DNA from: an uncultured Candidatus Rokubacteria bacterium
Lineage (GTDB): Bacteria > Methylomirabilota > Methylomirabilia > Rokubacteriales > CSP1-6
Reading direction: 5' to 3'
Length of the DNA: 64,000 bases
Assembly (NCBI GenBank): GCA_963758635.1
Contig: CAVWWD010000007.1
Location: 416,001 to 480,000, forward strand
The notes beneath the pieces were generated by a model. It saw only the letters and a list, made by a program, of their open reading frames with translations. It made no database searches and was not told the origin of the DNA. The position numbers and the translations under genes were made by a program. Positions 22,413-32,513 of this stretch are shown here, in pieces. How positions within the stretch are numbered: position 1 is the stretch's first letter; each line of letters opens with the position of its first letter.

Positions 22413-23530
22413 CGCCCTTACGTCCGCTTCCCCTGATACAGCCCCGCGCGGCGCACGGTCGCGGGGGATGCGCGTGCGGCGGTGGCGGGTGCGGATGCGG
22501 CGGCGACGACGGCGGGCTCGAGCGCGTCCGACAGCTCGCCGCCGCGACGCCCCCGCCGGAAGGCCTCGACCCGGGCGAGGACCCCCATCTGTCCGGCTTC
22601 CGCCAGCTCATGGAGCGCGAGGTGGATCGGCGCACCGCGCTCGGCGGCATCGCCGGCGGGCTCCTCGCGGGGCTCGGCCTCTTCCAGACCGCGTGCAACC
22701 CCGTCGCCTCCGCGGAGGCCCGCGAGCGCGCGGTGCTCGACTGGCAGGAGTACTTCCAGGGCAACTTCCGCCTGATGACCGACCAGGAGAAGACGGAGAC
22801 CGTGCGCCGCCTCGAGCGCCTCCACCAGCTGCGCACCGGCCAGCGCGTGGAGGTGAGCGCCACCCCCGCGCGGGCCGGCGTGCTCTACGGCTACGCCTTC
22901 AACATCTCGAAGTGCCGGGGCTACATGGACTGCATCCGCGGCTGCGTGAAGGAGAACAACCAGGACCGCCGCAGCGGCATCCAGTACATCCGCATCCACG
23001 AGCACAAGAAGGGGCAGATCGACTTCGGCCACGCCGAGGACAACTTCTTCCACGAGGTCCCCGCGGCCGGGCACTTCTACATCGGCACGCAGTGCTTCCA
23101 CTGCCAGAACCCGCCGTGCGTGGACGTTTGCCCGGTCAAGGCCACGTGGATGGAGCCGGACGGCATCGTGGTGGTGGACTACAACTGGTGCATCGGCTGC
23201 CGGTACTGCATCGCGGCCTGCCCGTACGACGCGCGCCGCTTCAACTGGGCGGATCCCGTCGTCCCCGCCGACGAGGTGAACCCGGACCAGCACTACCTGG
23301 GCAACCGCCTCCGGAAGCAGGGGGTGGTGGAGAAGTGCACGTTCTGCATCCAGCGCTCGCGCGATGGCAAGAATCCGGCGTGCGTCGAAGCCTGTCCGAC
23401 GGGCGCGCGCGTGTTCGGCAACCTCCTCGACCCCGACAGCGAGATCCGCTGGGTGCTCGCGAACAAGAAGGTGTTCCGCCTGAAGGAGGATCTCGGGACC
23501 GAGCCGAAGTTCTGGTACTACATGGACTGA
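22409..23530 (+). CDS. NrfC/DsrO-like 4Fe-4S dicluster electron-transfer protein
   Basis: KCRGYMDCIRGC, QCFHCQNPPCVDVCP, CIGCRYCIAACPY, EKCTFC...PACVEACPTGAR. Gly/Cys-rich N-terminal extension and an internal RR motif. Confidence 0.88.
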   Translation: MTPLRPLPLIQPRAAHGRGGCACGGGGCGCGGDDGGLERVRQLAAATPPPEGLDPGEDPHLSGFRQLMEREVDRRTALGGIAGGLLAGLGLFQTACNPVASAEARERAVLDWQEYFQGNFRLMTDQEKTETVRRLERLHQLRTGQRVEVSATPARAGVLYGYAFNISKCRGYMDCIRGCVKENNQDRRSGIQYIRIHEHKKGQIDFGHAEDNFFHEVPAAGHFYIGTQCFHCQNPPCVDVCPVKATWMEPDGIVVVDYNWCIGCRYCIAACPYDARRFNWADPVVPADEVNPDQHYLGNRLRKQGVVEKCTFCIQRSRDGKNPACVEACPTGARVFGNLLDPDSEIRWVLANKKVFRLKEDLGTEPKFWYYMD

Positions 23531-23535
23531 CCGGC

Positions 23536-24786
23536 ATGAGCACAGCCACGGCTCCGCCGGCTCGCCCGACCCTCGTCGGCTTCCTCGTGGACGCCCTCCG
23601 CGAGGTCACGCGCGGCCACGCCGTCTACCACGTGTGGATGGCCACGCTCACGCTGGTGATGCTGTGCGGGGCCTTCGCCTACTCCCTGCAGCTCCGGGAG
23701 GGCCTCGCCGCCACCGGCATGCACGACCACGTGAGCTGGGGGCTCTACATCTCGAGCTTCACCTTCCTGGTGGGCATGGCCGCCGCCGCCGTCATCCTGG
23801 TGATGCCGACCTACGTGCTCCACGACCAGGACTTCAAGAGCGCGGTGCTGTTCGGCGAGGGCCTCGCGGTGGCCGCGCTCGTCACCGCCATCGGCTTCGT
23901 GGTGGTGGACGTGGGCGGGCCGGCGCGGCTCTGGCACCTCACCCCCGTCATCGGCATCTTCAACTGGCCGCGCTCGATGCTGGCGTGGGACATCCTCGTG
24001 CTCAACGGGTATCTCGCCCTGAACCTCTCGATCCCGTTCTACATCCTCTACAGCCACTACCGCGGCCGCGAGCCCAACCCGCGCTACTACGTGCCCGCGG
24101 TGTTCCTGTCCATCCTGTGGGCGGTGAGCGTGCACCTGGTGACGTCCTTCCTCTACGCGGGCCTCCCCGCGCGCCCGTACTGGCACACCGCGCTGCTCGG
24201 GCCGCGCTTCCTCGCCACCGCCTTCGCGGCGGGCCCGGCGCTCATGATCATCATCCTGGCCGTGATCCGCCGGAACACCGCGTATCACATCCCGGACGCC
24301 ACGCTCCAGAAGCTCGCGCTGATCGCGACGGTGGCCGCCCAGGTGTGCCTGGTGATGCTCGTCTCCGAGCTCTTCACCGAGTTCTACCGCACCACCCATC
24401 ACAGCGAGAGCGCGATGTACCTCTACTTCGGCCTCCACGGGCAGCGCGACCTCGTCCCCTGGGCCTGGACCTCGGTCGTCCTCATCGTGGTGGCCACCGC
24501 CTTCCTGAGCGTGCACGGCGTGCGCCGGACCCCCGCCCTCCTCTACACGTTCTGCGCCGTGCTGTTCGTCGGCGTCCTCATCGAGAAGGGCATCGGCACG
24601 ATCATCCCGGGCTTCGTGCCCGAGCCCTGGGGCAAGATCCCGCGCTACGTCCCGACCGGCGTGGAGCTGATGGTGAGCGCGGGGCTGTGGGCGCTCGGCG
24701 CCTTCGTCTTCACCGTGCTCGCCAAGGCGGCGATCCCGGTCGAGCTGGCGCGGATGGCCTCGCGGCCCGGCGCCCCGGGCCACTGA
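23536..24786 (+). CDS. NrfD/PsrC (DsrP-like) quinol-interacting membrane anchor
   Basis: TGMHDHVSWGLYISSFTFLVGMAAAA, DVGGPARLWH, FNWPRSMLAWD. About 10 TM segments. Confidence 0.88.
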   Translation: MSTATAPPARPTLVGFLVDALREVTRGHAVYHVWMATLTLVMLCGAFAYSLQLREGLAATGMHDHVSWGLYISSFTFLVGMAAAAVILVMPTYVLHDQDFKSAVLFGEGLAVAALVTAIGFVVVDVGGPARLWHLTPVIGIFNWPRSMLAWDILVLNGYLALNLSIPFYILYSHYRGREPNPRYYVPAVFLSILWAVSVHLVTSFLYAGLPARPYWHTALLGPRFLATAFAAGPALMIIILAVIRRNTAYHIPDATLQKLALIATVAAQVCLVMLVSELFTEFYRTTHHSESAMYLYFGLHGQRDLVPWAWTSVVLIVVATAFLSVHGVRRTPALLYTFCAVLFVGVLIEKGIGTIIPGFVPEPWGKIPRYVPTGVELMVSAGLWALGAFVFTVLAKAAIPVELARMASRPGAPGH

Positions 24787-24892
24787 GACGGGCGGCTTCT
24801 GACCATGACGACGGTACCGGCCGCGGCGGTCAAGGCTCGCTCCGCCGGCGAGGCGAGCGTACAGGCGGAGATCGGATGAAGGACCATCGAAC

Positions 24893-25957
24893 GTGAACTG
24901 GCTGCTCGCGCTGATCCCCGTCGCCGCCGTGCTCGATCGCATGGCGGCGCCGGCGCCCGTCGTCTTCCTCGTCGCGGCGCTGGCCATCGTGCCGCTCGCC
25001 GCGCTGATCGTCCGCAGCACGGAGCAGGTGGCGGAGCGCACCGGGCCCGCGGTGGGCGCGCTCCTCAACGCCACGTTCGGCAACCTGCCCGAGCTGATCA
25101 TCTGCGTCGTGGCGCTCCGGGCCGGCCTGGTGGACATGGTGCGCGCGTCGCTCGTCGGCGCCATCCTCGCCAACGTGCTGCTCGCGCTTGGCGTGGCGTT
25201 CATCCTCGGCGGGCGCCGGCATCACGTGATGGACTACAACCCGGCCGGCGCCCGGGCCTACGCGAGCATGCTCATGCTCGCCGTCATCACCCTGGCCATG
25301 CCCGCGGCCTTCCACCGGTTCCTCGAGGTGCCGGTGCCCGACTCGAGCCGCGCCGTGGACCTGGCAACGTCGCTGGTGCTCCTGGCGACGTACGTCTGCT
25401 ACCTCGTGTACATGATCGGCACGCACCCGGAGTTCTTCGCGGCGCGCGACGCGGGCGGGCACGGCGGGCATGGTGGGGCCACGTGGAGCGCGCCCCGCGC
25501 GGTGGGGACGCTGGTCGGCGCGTCCGCGGGCGCGGCGTGGATGAGCGAGACGCTGGTGGGCGCCGCCGAGGCCACCGGCCACGCCCTCGGGATGTCGCCG
25601 ATCTTCCTCGGCATGGTCCTGCTCGCGGTGATCGGCGGCGCGGCGGAGAGCGGCTCCGCCATCGCGATGGGGCGCGCGAACAAGCCGGACCTCGCGGTGG
25701 GGATCGCCATGGGCAGCTCGATCCAGATCGCGCTGTTCGTCACGCCGATCCTGGTGCTCTCGAGCGGCCTCTTCGCGCCCGCGGCGCTCGGGCTCGAGTT
25801 CAGCCGGCTCGAGATCGGCACGCTCTTCCTCGGGACGCTCATCGTGACGACCACGTCGGCCGACGGGCGGGCGACGTGGTTCAAGGGCGTCCAGCTCCTC
25901 GCCGTGTACCTCGTCATCGCGGGCGCGGTCTACTGGCTGCCCACGGCGGCGCGGTGA
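24893..25957 (+). CDS. cax: Calcium/proton exchanger (CaCA family)
   Basis: LLNATFGNLPELII, SLVGAILANVLL, GSSIQIALFVTP, WFKGVQLL. Confidence 0.88.
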   Translation: MNWLLALIPVAAVLDRMAAPAPVVFLVAALAIVPLAALIVRSTEQVAERTGPAVGALLNATFGNLPELIICVVALRAGLVDMVRASLVGAILANVLLALGVAFILGGRRHHVMDYNPAGARAYASMLMLAVITLAMPAAFHRFLEVPVPDSSRAVDLATSLVLLATYVCYLVYMIGTHPEFFAARDAGGHGGHGGATWSAPRAVGTLVGASAGAAWMSETLVGAAEATGHALGMSPIFLGMVLLAVIGGAAESGSAIAMGRANKPDLAVGIAMGSSIQIALFVTPILVLSSGLFAPAALGLEFSRLEIGTLFLGTLIVTTTSADGRATWFKGVQLLAVYLVIAGAVYWLPTAAR

Positions 25958-25964
25958 CGGCGCC

Positions 25965-26700
25965 GTGACCGCCGCGACGGCGTCCGGAGCGACCGCGGGC
26001 CGCGGCGAGCGGACTTCGCCGCGCGTACCGCGATCATCGGTACGCGGTCCTCTTCTACGCGCTGCTGCTGACGCTCGGCGCGATGCCGTTCCTCACCGCC
26101 TTCGGCTTCAGCGCGGACGTGCTCCAGGTGTTCCTGGCGCTGAGCCTCCTCCTCGCCGTGCTCGACGTGCCCGATCAGCGCTGGCGGACCGTGCTCATGC
26201 TGCTCGCCGCCGTCGCGTTCGGCGTTCGCGCCGTGCCGCTCGCGGCGGTGGGGGCCGGCATGGCCACGGGCGCCCTGGTGGTGGTGAGCGGCATCGCGCT
26301 CCTTGCCGTGGTGAGCACCATTCGCTTCGCGTTCGGCGCCAGGGTCGTGGACAGCGAGCACGTGTACGCGGCGCTCAGCGCCTACCTGCTCGCCGGGCTG
26401 TTCTTCGGCCTCCTCTACTGGGCGGTGGCGCTGGCCTGGCCCGAGTCGTTCGCCGACGCCGGCCGTCCCGGGGCGGCCGGGTTCCCGCTGTCCACGGCCA
26501 TCTACTACAGCTTCGTGACCCTCGCCACGCTCGGGTACGGCGACGTGATCCCCCGGACCGACGTGGCGCGCGGGATCGCCGTGGTGGAGGCCGTCGCCGG
26601 CCAGCTCTACGTCGCGGTGATCATCGCCCGGCTCGTCGGCGCCCGGCTCCAGGCGCAGGAGCCGCGGGGAGACTCGACGCGCGGCGGCGGCTCCGCGTAG
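25965..26700 (+). CDS. Potassium channel family (Ion_trans_2) membrane protein (probable 5' frameshift)
   Basis: Pore motif YYSFVTLATLGYGDVIP; EAVAGQLYVAVIIARLVG. Confidence 0.82.
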
Positions 26701-26801
26701 CGGCGGCGCGAAGTCGGCGCTGGGTGATCCGGGCCCGGTGCCGTATCCTACGGCGGGGAGTTTCGCAGATCCCACATCCGCGACGAAGAGGAGATGCCCG
26801 C

Positions 26802-27899
26802 ATGATCGAGTCCCGCCGTGCCGCCGTCACCCGACGCGAGTTCCTCGCCACTTCCGCGCTGGCCGCCGCGGCCACGTCCGTGCTCGGACCGGCCCATCTC
26901 GGCGCGCAGGCGCGCGTGACCCGGGTACACGACCTCCAGACGACCGCCGACCTGGCCAAGGCCGAGCAGGAAGGCGAGGTCGTCTACTACGGCCACGACG
27001 GCGAGGCGGGGATCGGCACGCTGCTGGACGCGTTCAAGAAGGACTTCCCGAAGATCAAGACGAGCTACGTGAGGCTCCAGACCGGCGCCCTCTACGCGAA
27101 GATCATCGCGGAGCGGTCGGCGGGACGCTTCGGGGTGGACGTGCTCCAGCTCTCCGACATCTCGCCGGCCATCGACTTCCAGAAGAAGGGCGGCTGGGAG
27201 GTGCACGTGTCGCCCGAGCTCGGCGGGTACAAGCCCGAGCACCAGTCGAGCCCGCCCGGCCACTACACGTGGGGCGGCGTCTCGTTCGCGGGGATCGCGT
27301 ACAACCGCAGCAAGGTGAAGCCGGAGGAGGCGCCGAAGACCTGGAAGGACATCCTCAAGCCGGGCTTCCGCGACGGCGTCAGCGCCAAGCTCGCCACCTC
27401 CGGCATGCAGCACGCGCAGTGGTACATCCTGCGCAAGCTCTACGGCGCGGAGTTCTGGCAGGAGTTCGCGAAGCAGCGCCCGAAGGGCTTCGACGCCCGC
27501 GCCCAGCTCTTCGACCGCCTCTCCAAGGGCGAGGACCGCATGTGCGTGCTCGCCGAGTACGCCGGGTACACGCTCTTCGCCGAGAAGGGGGCGGAGATCG
27601 AGTTCGTGGCGCCCGCCGACGGCCTGCCCGCCACCTCGTTCTTCATCGGCGTGGTGAACCGCGCCCCGCATCCGGAGGCGGCCAAGCTTTTCGTGGACTG
27701 GGCGCTGTCCAGGCGCGGCCAGGCCGTGTACCAGAACCAGAAGATCCTCCTGTACGGGTCGCTCCGCACCGACGCCGGCCCGATGCCCACCGGCAAGCGG
27801 CTGGCCGACTTCAAGCTCCTGTTCCCCACGGACTGGAACGACTACGTGGCGAGCCACCCCGTGTTCGTGAAGGAGTGGAACTCGATCATGGGGCTCTAG
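26802..27899 (+). CDS. ABC transporter substrate-binding protein, AfuA/FbpA-like, Tat-exported
   Basis: TRREFLATSA, KAEQEGEVVYY, APKTWKDIL, APHPEAAKLFVDWALS. GAGGAG RBS. Confidence 0.88.
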   Translation: MIESRRAAVTRREFLATSALAAAATSVLGPAHLGAQARVTRVHDLQTTADLAKAEQEGEVVYYGHDGEAGIGTLLDAFKKDFPKIKTSYVRLQTGALYAKIIAERSAGRFGVDVLQLSDISPAIDFQKKGGWEVHVSPELGGYKPEHQSSPPGHYTWGGVSFAGIAYNRSKVKPEEAPKTWKDILKPGFRDGVSAKLATSGMQHAQWYILRKLYGAEFWQEFAKQRPKGFDARAQLFDRLSKGEDRMCVLAEYAGYTLFAEKGAEIEFVAPADGLPATSFFIGVVNRAPHPEAAKLFVDWALSRRGQAVYQNQKILLYGSLRTDAGPMPTGKRLADFKLLFPTDWNDYVASHPVFVKEWNSIMGL

Positions 27900-27923
27900 C
27901 CCCGCCGGCCGCACCCTGGAGCG

Positions 27924-29660
27924 GTGGCCCAGTGCATTCCAGGTGCGACCGCTCGCGAGCGGCGCCTCGCAAGGCCGGCGGCTCGGGCCTCGCCAGGCGT
28001 CGTCAGCTTCGTGGTCGGCGGCGCCGCCGCCGTCCTCGTCCTCTATCCGATCGCGTACCTGATCCAGGCCTCGCTCAGCGTGGGCGACCCGCAGGCCCGG
28101 CCGCCCGAGGCCTACGGGCTCGACAACTTCACCGGGCTCGGCCGCTACGCCCACATCTTCGGCAACACGCTGCTCGTCGCCGCGGTGGCCACCGTGCTCG
28201 CCGTGGTCGTCGGATTCGTGATGGGCTGGATCCTCACGCGCACCAACGTGCCGGGCCGGGCCGCCTTCGAGCAGCTCATGGCCATGCCGTACTACGTGAC
28301 GCCCCTCATGGGCGCGCTGGCGTGGGCCCTCATCGGCTCGGCGAACAGCGGGTTCGTCAATGAGCTCTGGCGCGCGGTCGGCGGACGCGGCCACCTGATC
28401 GACATCAACACGCCGTGGGGCATCGCGTGGGTGATGGCGCTGTTCGAAGGCTCGGTCGCCTTCGTGATGATCGGCGCGGTCATGAAGTCGATGGACCCCG
28501 CCCTCGAGGAGGCGTCGCAGGTGCTGGGGGCGGGGCGGACCCGCACCATGCTGCGCATCACGCTGCCGCTGGTGCTGCCCGGGGTGCTGGGCGCGGCGGT
28601 ATTCGTGTTCGCGGAGATGCTGGGCTCGTTCTCCGCCGCCCTCGTGCTGGGGCTGCCGAGCCGCTTCTACGTGGTCACCACCGCCATGTACCAGCTCGTC
28701 TCGCAGTACCCGCCGCGCTTCCCCACCGCGGCGGCGATGGGCGTGTCGCTCTTCGCCGTGATGTTCGTCATGGTCTGGGCGTACCGGCGCATCGTGAGCA
28801 GGGGGACGTACGCCACCATCACCGGCAAGGCCTTTCGGCCCCGCGTGATGGACGTGGGGGGGCTCCGGTGGCCGTTCCTCGCGCTCTGCGTGGCGTACCT
28901 GTTCGTGGCGGTGGTCCTGCCCGTCCTGACGATCGTCTACGCCTCGTTCCAGCGCCTGACCACGGTGTTCCCGCGCCGCGACAACTTCACGCTGGCGAAC
29001 TACGCGATGGCGCTGTCGCTGGACGCGGTGCGGTCGGCGCTCTGGAACAGCCTGCTCCTCGGACTGGCCACCGCCACCATCGGCGTGGTCCTGATGGGCT
29101 TCCTCTCGTGGCTCATCTACCGCTCGCGCCTGCCCGGGGCCGGGGCCATCGAGTACCTGCTCATGTTCCCGCAGGCGGTGCCGCGGCTCGTGTTCGCGTT
29201 CGGCATGCTGTGGGCGTGGCTCGCGTTCCCGATCCCCATCTACGGCACGCTGTGGCTGCTCCTGATCGCGTACCTGACGGTGTTCCTGCCCCTGGGGCTC
29301 CGCACGATCTCCGGCGTGATCCTCCAGATCGACCGCTCGCTCGAGGAGTCGGCGCAGATGTGCGGCGCCTCGTGGGGGCACCGGCTCCGCACCGTCACCA
29401 TGCCGCTGCTCAAGCCCGGGCTGGTGGCGGCCTGGCTCCTCCTGTTCATCGCCAGCGTGCGCGAGCTGGGGGCGTCGATCCTGCTGATGGGCCCCAAGGC
29501 GAAGGTGATCACGCCGGCCATCGTCGAGTCGTGGTTCTCCACCAGCTCGGAGCTGACCGCGGCCCTGGCGCTGCTCCAGACGGTGGCGGTGGCGGCCGCG
29601 CTCGCCGTGCTGTTCGCGGTGGCGCGCCGGGCCGCCCAGCACGGCGGAGAGGGAGCATGA
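27924..29660 (+). CDS. ABC transporter permease, FbpB-like (two EAA modules)
   Basis: [14 protein letters not shown] and [14 protein letters not shown]; many TM segments. Confidence 0.9.
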   Translation: MAQCIPGATARERRLARPAARASPGVVSFVVGGAAAVLVLYPIAYLIQASLSVGDPQARPPEAYGLDNFTGLGRYAHIFGNTLLVAAVATVLAVVVGFVMGWILTRTNVPGRAAFEQLMAMPYYVTPLMGALAWALIGSANSGFVNELWRAVGGRGHLIDINTPWGIAWVMALFEGSVAFVMIGAVMKSMDPALEEASQVLGAGRTRTMLRITLPLVLPGVLGAAVFVFAEMLGSFSAALVLGLPSRFYVVTTAMYQLVSQYPPRFPTAAAMGVSLFAVMFVMVWAYRRIVSRGTYATITGKAFRPRVMDVGGLRWPFLALCVAYLFVAVVLPVLTIVYASFQRLTTVFPRRDNFTLANYAMALSLDAVRSALWNSLLLGLATATIGVVLMGFLSWLIYRSRLPGAGAIEYLLMFPQAVPRLVFAFGMLWAWLAFPIPIYGTLWLLLIAYLTVFLPLGLRTISGVILQIDRSLEESAQMCGASWGHRLRTVTMPLLKPGLVAAWLLLFIASVRELGASILLMGPKAKVITPAIVESWFSTSSELTAALALLQTVAVAAALAVLFAVARRAAQHGGEGA

Positions 29661-29676
29661 CGCGCGGGGAACGAGC

Positions 29677-30768
29677 GTGAGCCAGGCGTCGATCGAGGTG
29701 CGGGACCTGGTGGTGCGCTACGGCGCGGTGGCCGCGGTGCGCGGCGTCACGTTCACGGTGGGGGCGGGCGAGCACCTCACGCTGCTGGGGCCCTCGGGGT
29801 GCGGCAAGACGACGACGCTCCGGGCCATCGCGGGGCTGGAGCGGCCCACGTCGGGCGAGATCCAGATCGGCGGCCGGCCGGTGTTCTCGTCGTCACCCGC
29901 GGTGAACGTGCCCGCGGAGCGGCGCGGCCTGTCGATGGTGTTCCAGTCCTACGCGATCTGGCCGCACATGAGCGTGTTCGACAACGTGGCCTACGGACTC
30001 CGTGTGCGGAAGCGGCCGGCGGCCGAGGTGACGACGCGCGTGCACGAGGCGCTGGACCTCGTGCAGCTCGGCGACCTCGGCGCGCGGAGCGCGTCGAAGC
30101 TCTCCGGGGGGCAGCAGCAGCGCGTGGCCCTGGCCCGCGCCTTCGTGTTCTCGCCCTCGGTGCTGCTCTTCGACGAGCCGCTCTCGAACCTGGACGCGAA
30201 GCTCCGCGCCGAGATGCGCGTGGAGCTGAAGGAGCTGCAGCGGCGCCTCGACATCACGTCGGTGTACGTCACCCACGACCTCGAGGAGGCGCTGGCCATC
30301 TCCGACCGCATCGTGGTCATGCGCGACGGCATCATCGAGCAGGTGGGGACGCCGGCGGAGATCTACGACCGGCCGCGGAACACCTTCGTGGCGGACTTCG
30401 TGGGCTCGGCCAACCTCATCCGCGGCCGGCACCGGCCCGACCTCGGCGGCGACGGGCTCGTGGTGCTGGAGACGCCGGGCGGCGCGATCGTGCACGGCGT
30501 CTCCGCCGACCGCCGGCCCGGGGCCGAGGCGCTCATGGCCGTGCGCACGGTGCGGCTCCGCCTGGATCGCGAGCGCCCGGCCGCCACGGTCAACGTCTGG
30601 CCCGCCCGCGTGCGCCGTCGCGTGTTCCAGGGCGACTTCACCCAGTACCACCTCGACTGGGACGGCCGCACGCTGATCGTCCGCTCCGCCGCCCCCGACG
30701 CTCTCTCCGAGGGCGACGCCGTCTTCGTCACCGCCGACCCCCGCCACTGCGTTCTCCTCGAAGATTGA
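29677..30768 (+). CDS. ABC transporter ATP-binding protein (FbpC/PotA-like, TOBE domain)
   Basis: [33 protein letters not shown]. Confidence 0.93.
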   Translation: MSQASIEVRDLVVRYGAVAAVRGVTFTVGAGEHLTLLGPSGCGKTTTLRAIAGLERPTSGEIQIGGRPVFSSSPAVNVPAERRGLSMVFQSYAIWPHMSVFDNVAYGLRVRKRPAAEVTTRVHEALDLVQLGDLGARSASKLSGGQQQRVALARAFVFSPSVLLFDEPLSNLDAKLRAEMRVELKELQRRLDITSVYVTHDLEEALAISDRIVVMRDGIIEQVGTPAEIYDRPRNTFVADFVGSANLIRGRHRPDLGGDGLVVLETPGGAIVHGVSADRRPGAEALMAVRTVRLRLDRERPAATVNVWPARVRRRVFQGDFTQYHLDWDGRTLIVRSAAPDALSEGDAVFVTADPRHCVLLED

Positions 30769-30787
30769 CCCCCCGGCGTTGCGCGAG

Positions 30788-30825
30788 GGTCTGGTGCGCG
30801 GCCGTGACATCTGGCGCGTCAGACC
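30788..30825 (+). terminator. Hairpin between convergent genes
   Basis: GGTCTGGTGCGC pairs with GCGCGTCAGACC (12-bp stem with 2 G-U pairs). No U-tract. Confidence 0.35.
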
Positions 30826-30846
30826 TGCTGACCCGCTGTTCAGGAG

Positions 30847-32166
30847 TCAGGGGCGGGGTCTGGACTTGGGGAGGGTGCGGAGGGTGTCCTCGAAGGCCTG
30901 GAGGGTGGTAGCGACCTCGGCGTCGGCGTGGGCGAGGGAGACGTACATCTTCTGGGAGTTCTTCACGACGCCGCGCTTGATGAGGCCGGTGGTGAGCGCA
31001 CGGCCGAGGGTGGCGTCGGCGGCCTGGAGGGAGCGGTAGTCGGTCACGGGCTCTGCGGTGAACAGCAGGTCGAACACCACCGGCTCACCCACGACCTGCG
31101 CGGGCAGGCCGGACTTCTCGGCGAGAGCGGCGATGCCGGCCATGAGCCGGCGACCGGTGCCGTGGAGCGTCTCGTAGGCGCCAGGGCGGCGTAGCTCGGC
31201 CAGCGTGGCGAGGCCGGCGACGGCGGCGATCGGGTTGCCGTTGAGGGTGCCGGACTGCGAGATGAAATCGCCGTGCCCGTCCTGCTGCGGATCGAACGGG
31301 CGCATCAGCTCCTCGGCCCCGCACACCGCGGCGAGCGGGAAGCCGCCGCCCACGATCTTCCCGACGGCGGCCAGGTCGGGCACGACACCGTAGTACTGCT
31401 GGGCCCCGCCGTAGGCCAGCCGGAAGCCGGTGACCACCTCGTCGAACACCAGCAGCACGCCGTGCCGGCGCGTGATCTCGCGCAGGCCCTGGAGGAAGCC
31501 GGGCTGGGGCGGGACCAAGCGCTGGAAGGGCTCCACGATGACCGCGGCGAGCTCGTCGGCGTGCGCGGCCACGATGCCCTCGACGGTGCCGAGGTCGTTG
31601 TACGGCGCCACCAGCACCTCCGCCTCGATGGCGTGCGGGATGCCCGAGGAGTCCGGCACCGGCGCGGGGAACGCCTTGGGCGACCGCGGCGACGAGCTCA
31701 TCATGGCGTAGTCGTGCGCGCCGTGGTAGCCGCCCTCGAACTTGAGGATCTTGTCGCGCTTCCTGTACGTGCGCGCCACGCGCAGCGCGAAGAAGGTGGC
31801 CTCGGAGCCCGTCGAGGTGAAGCGCACCTGCTCGGCGCACGGCATGGCCCGGCAGATCTCCTCGGCGAGCTGGATGATCGGCTCGTTGACCATGAAGTAC
31901 GTGCTCCCGCCCTCGATCTGCTCGCGCACCGCCGCCACCACCGCGGGATGCGCGTGGCCCAGGACGAGCGGACCGGAGGCGAGCACGTAGTCGACGTACT
32001 CGCGCCCGCTCATGTCGTAGATCCTGGCCCCCTTGCCGGACTTGACCACGAACGCGGCCTCGTCGGCGTAGCGGGAGGTGCCGAGGACGCCGCCGGGCAG
32101 GCGGCGACGGGCGCGCTCGAGGAGATCGGCTTCGACGGCGGAACGCTCGCGGGACGTGTCGGCCAT
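30847..32166 (-). CDS. Class III aminotransferase, glutamate-1-semialdehyde aminomutase-like
   Basis: RFTSTGSEAT, KFEGGYHG, FDEVVTGFR, PDLAAVGKIVGGG (PLP Lys), SGTLNGNP. Confidence 0.88.
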   Translation of the reverse strand: MADTSRERSAVEADLLERARRRLPGGVLGTSRYADEAAFVVKSGKGARIYDMSGREYVDYVLASGPLVLGHAHPAVVAAVREQIEGGSTYFMVNEPIIQLAEEICRAMPCAEQVRFTSTGSEATFFALRVARTYRKRDKILKFEGGYHGAHDYAMMSSSPRSPKAFPAPVPDSSGIPHAIEAEVLVAPYNDLGTVEGIVAAHADELAAVIVEPFQRLVPPQPGFLQGLREITRRHGVLLVFDEVVTGFRLAYGGAQQYYGVVPDLAAVGKIVGGGFPLAAVCGAEELMRPFDPQQDGHGDFISQSGTLNGNPIAAVAGLATLAELRRPGAYETLHGTGRRLMAGIAALAEKSGLPAQVVGEPVVFDLLFTAEPVTDYRSLQAADATLGRALTTGLIKRGVVKNSQKMYVSLAHADAEVATTLQAFEDTLRTLPKSRPRP

Positions 32167-32364
32167 GGCGCACCTCGATGTGAGCCGCCCGGGCGGGGCG
32201 GGATCCGGTTGATCGGCCTGCTCGCGTCGCGGCGGTCGGCGGTCGGCCCGGCCCGCCGCGCCCGAGCATCGTCCCCGAGCGTACCTCAACGGCGGTCCGC
32301 CCGGCGGCTCTTTGCCGTAAGATGGGCCGTCACGCGACGGCCCGGCCGCGGCGTGGTCGACCAG

Positions 32365-32442
32365 TGAGCCGCGCGCATCAGACTCATGCCGAGCGGTGGG
32401 ACTGTAGAGGCCCGTGGCGGTTACCGCATTCTGCGAGGGTCA
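32365..32442 (+). mobile_element. MITE-like element copy 2 (78 bp, intergenic)
   Basis: TGAGCCGCGCGCATCAGACTCATGCCGAGCGGTGGGACTGTAGAGG...TGCGAGGGTCA. Flanks CCAG/TGAG. Confidence 0.8.
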
Positions 32443-32513
32443 TGAGCACGGCGGTTGACCGGCGCCCTCGACCGGCGCCGTCCGCGAGAGGCACCGCGAC
32501 CAGAGGAGACGGG

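Noticed and set aside
26748..29642. Long antisense ORFs here and elsewhere (e.g. 18701-21238, 8173-10230)
   Set aside because: Shadow ORFs opposite well-supported genes, expected at this GC content.
30847..32166. Assignment as hemL
   Set aside because: Family motifs are present, but there is no tetrapyrrole gene context and the N-terminal motif diverges. It is likely one of several paralogs.
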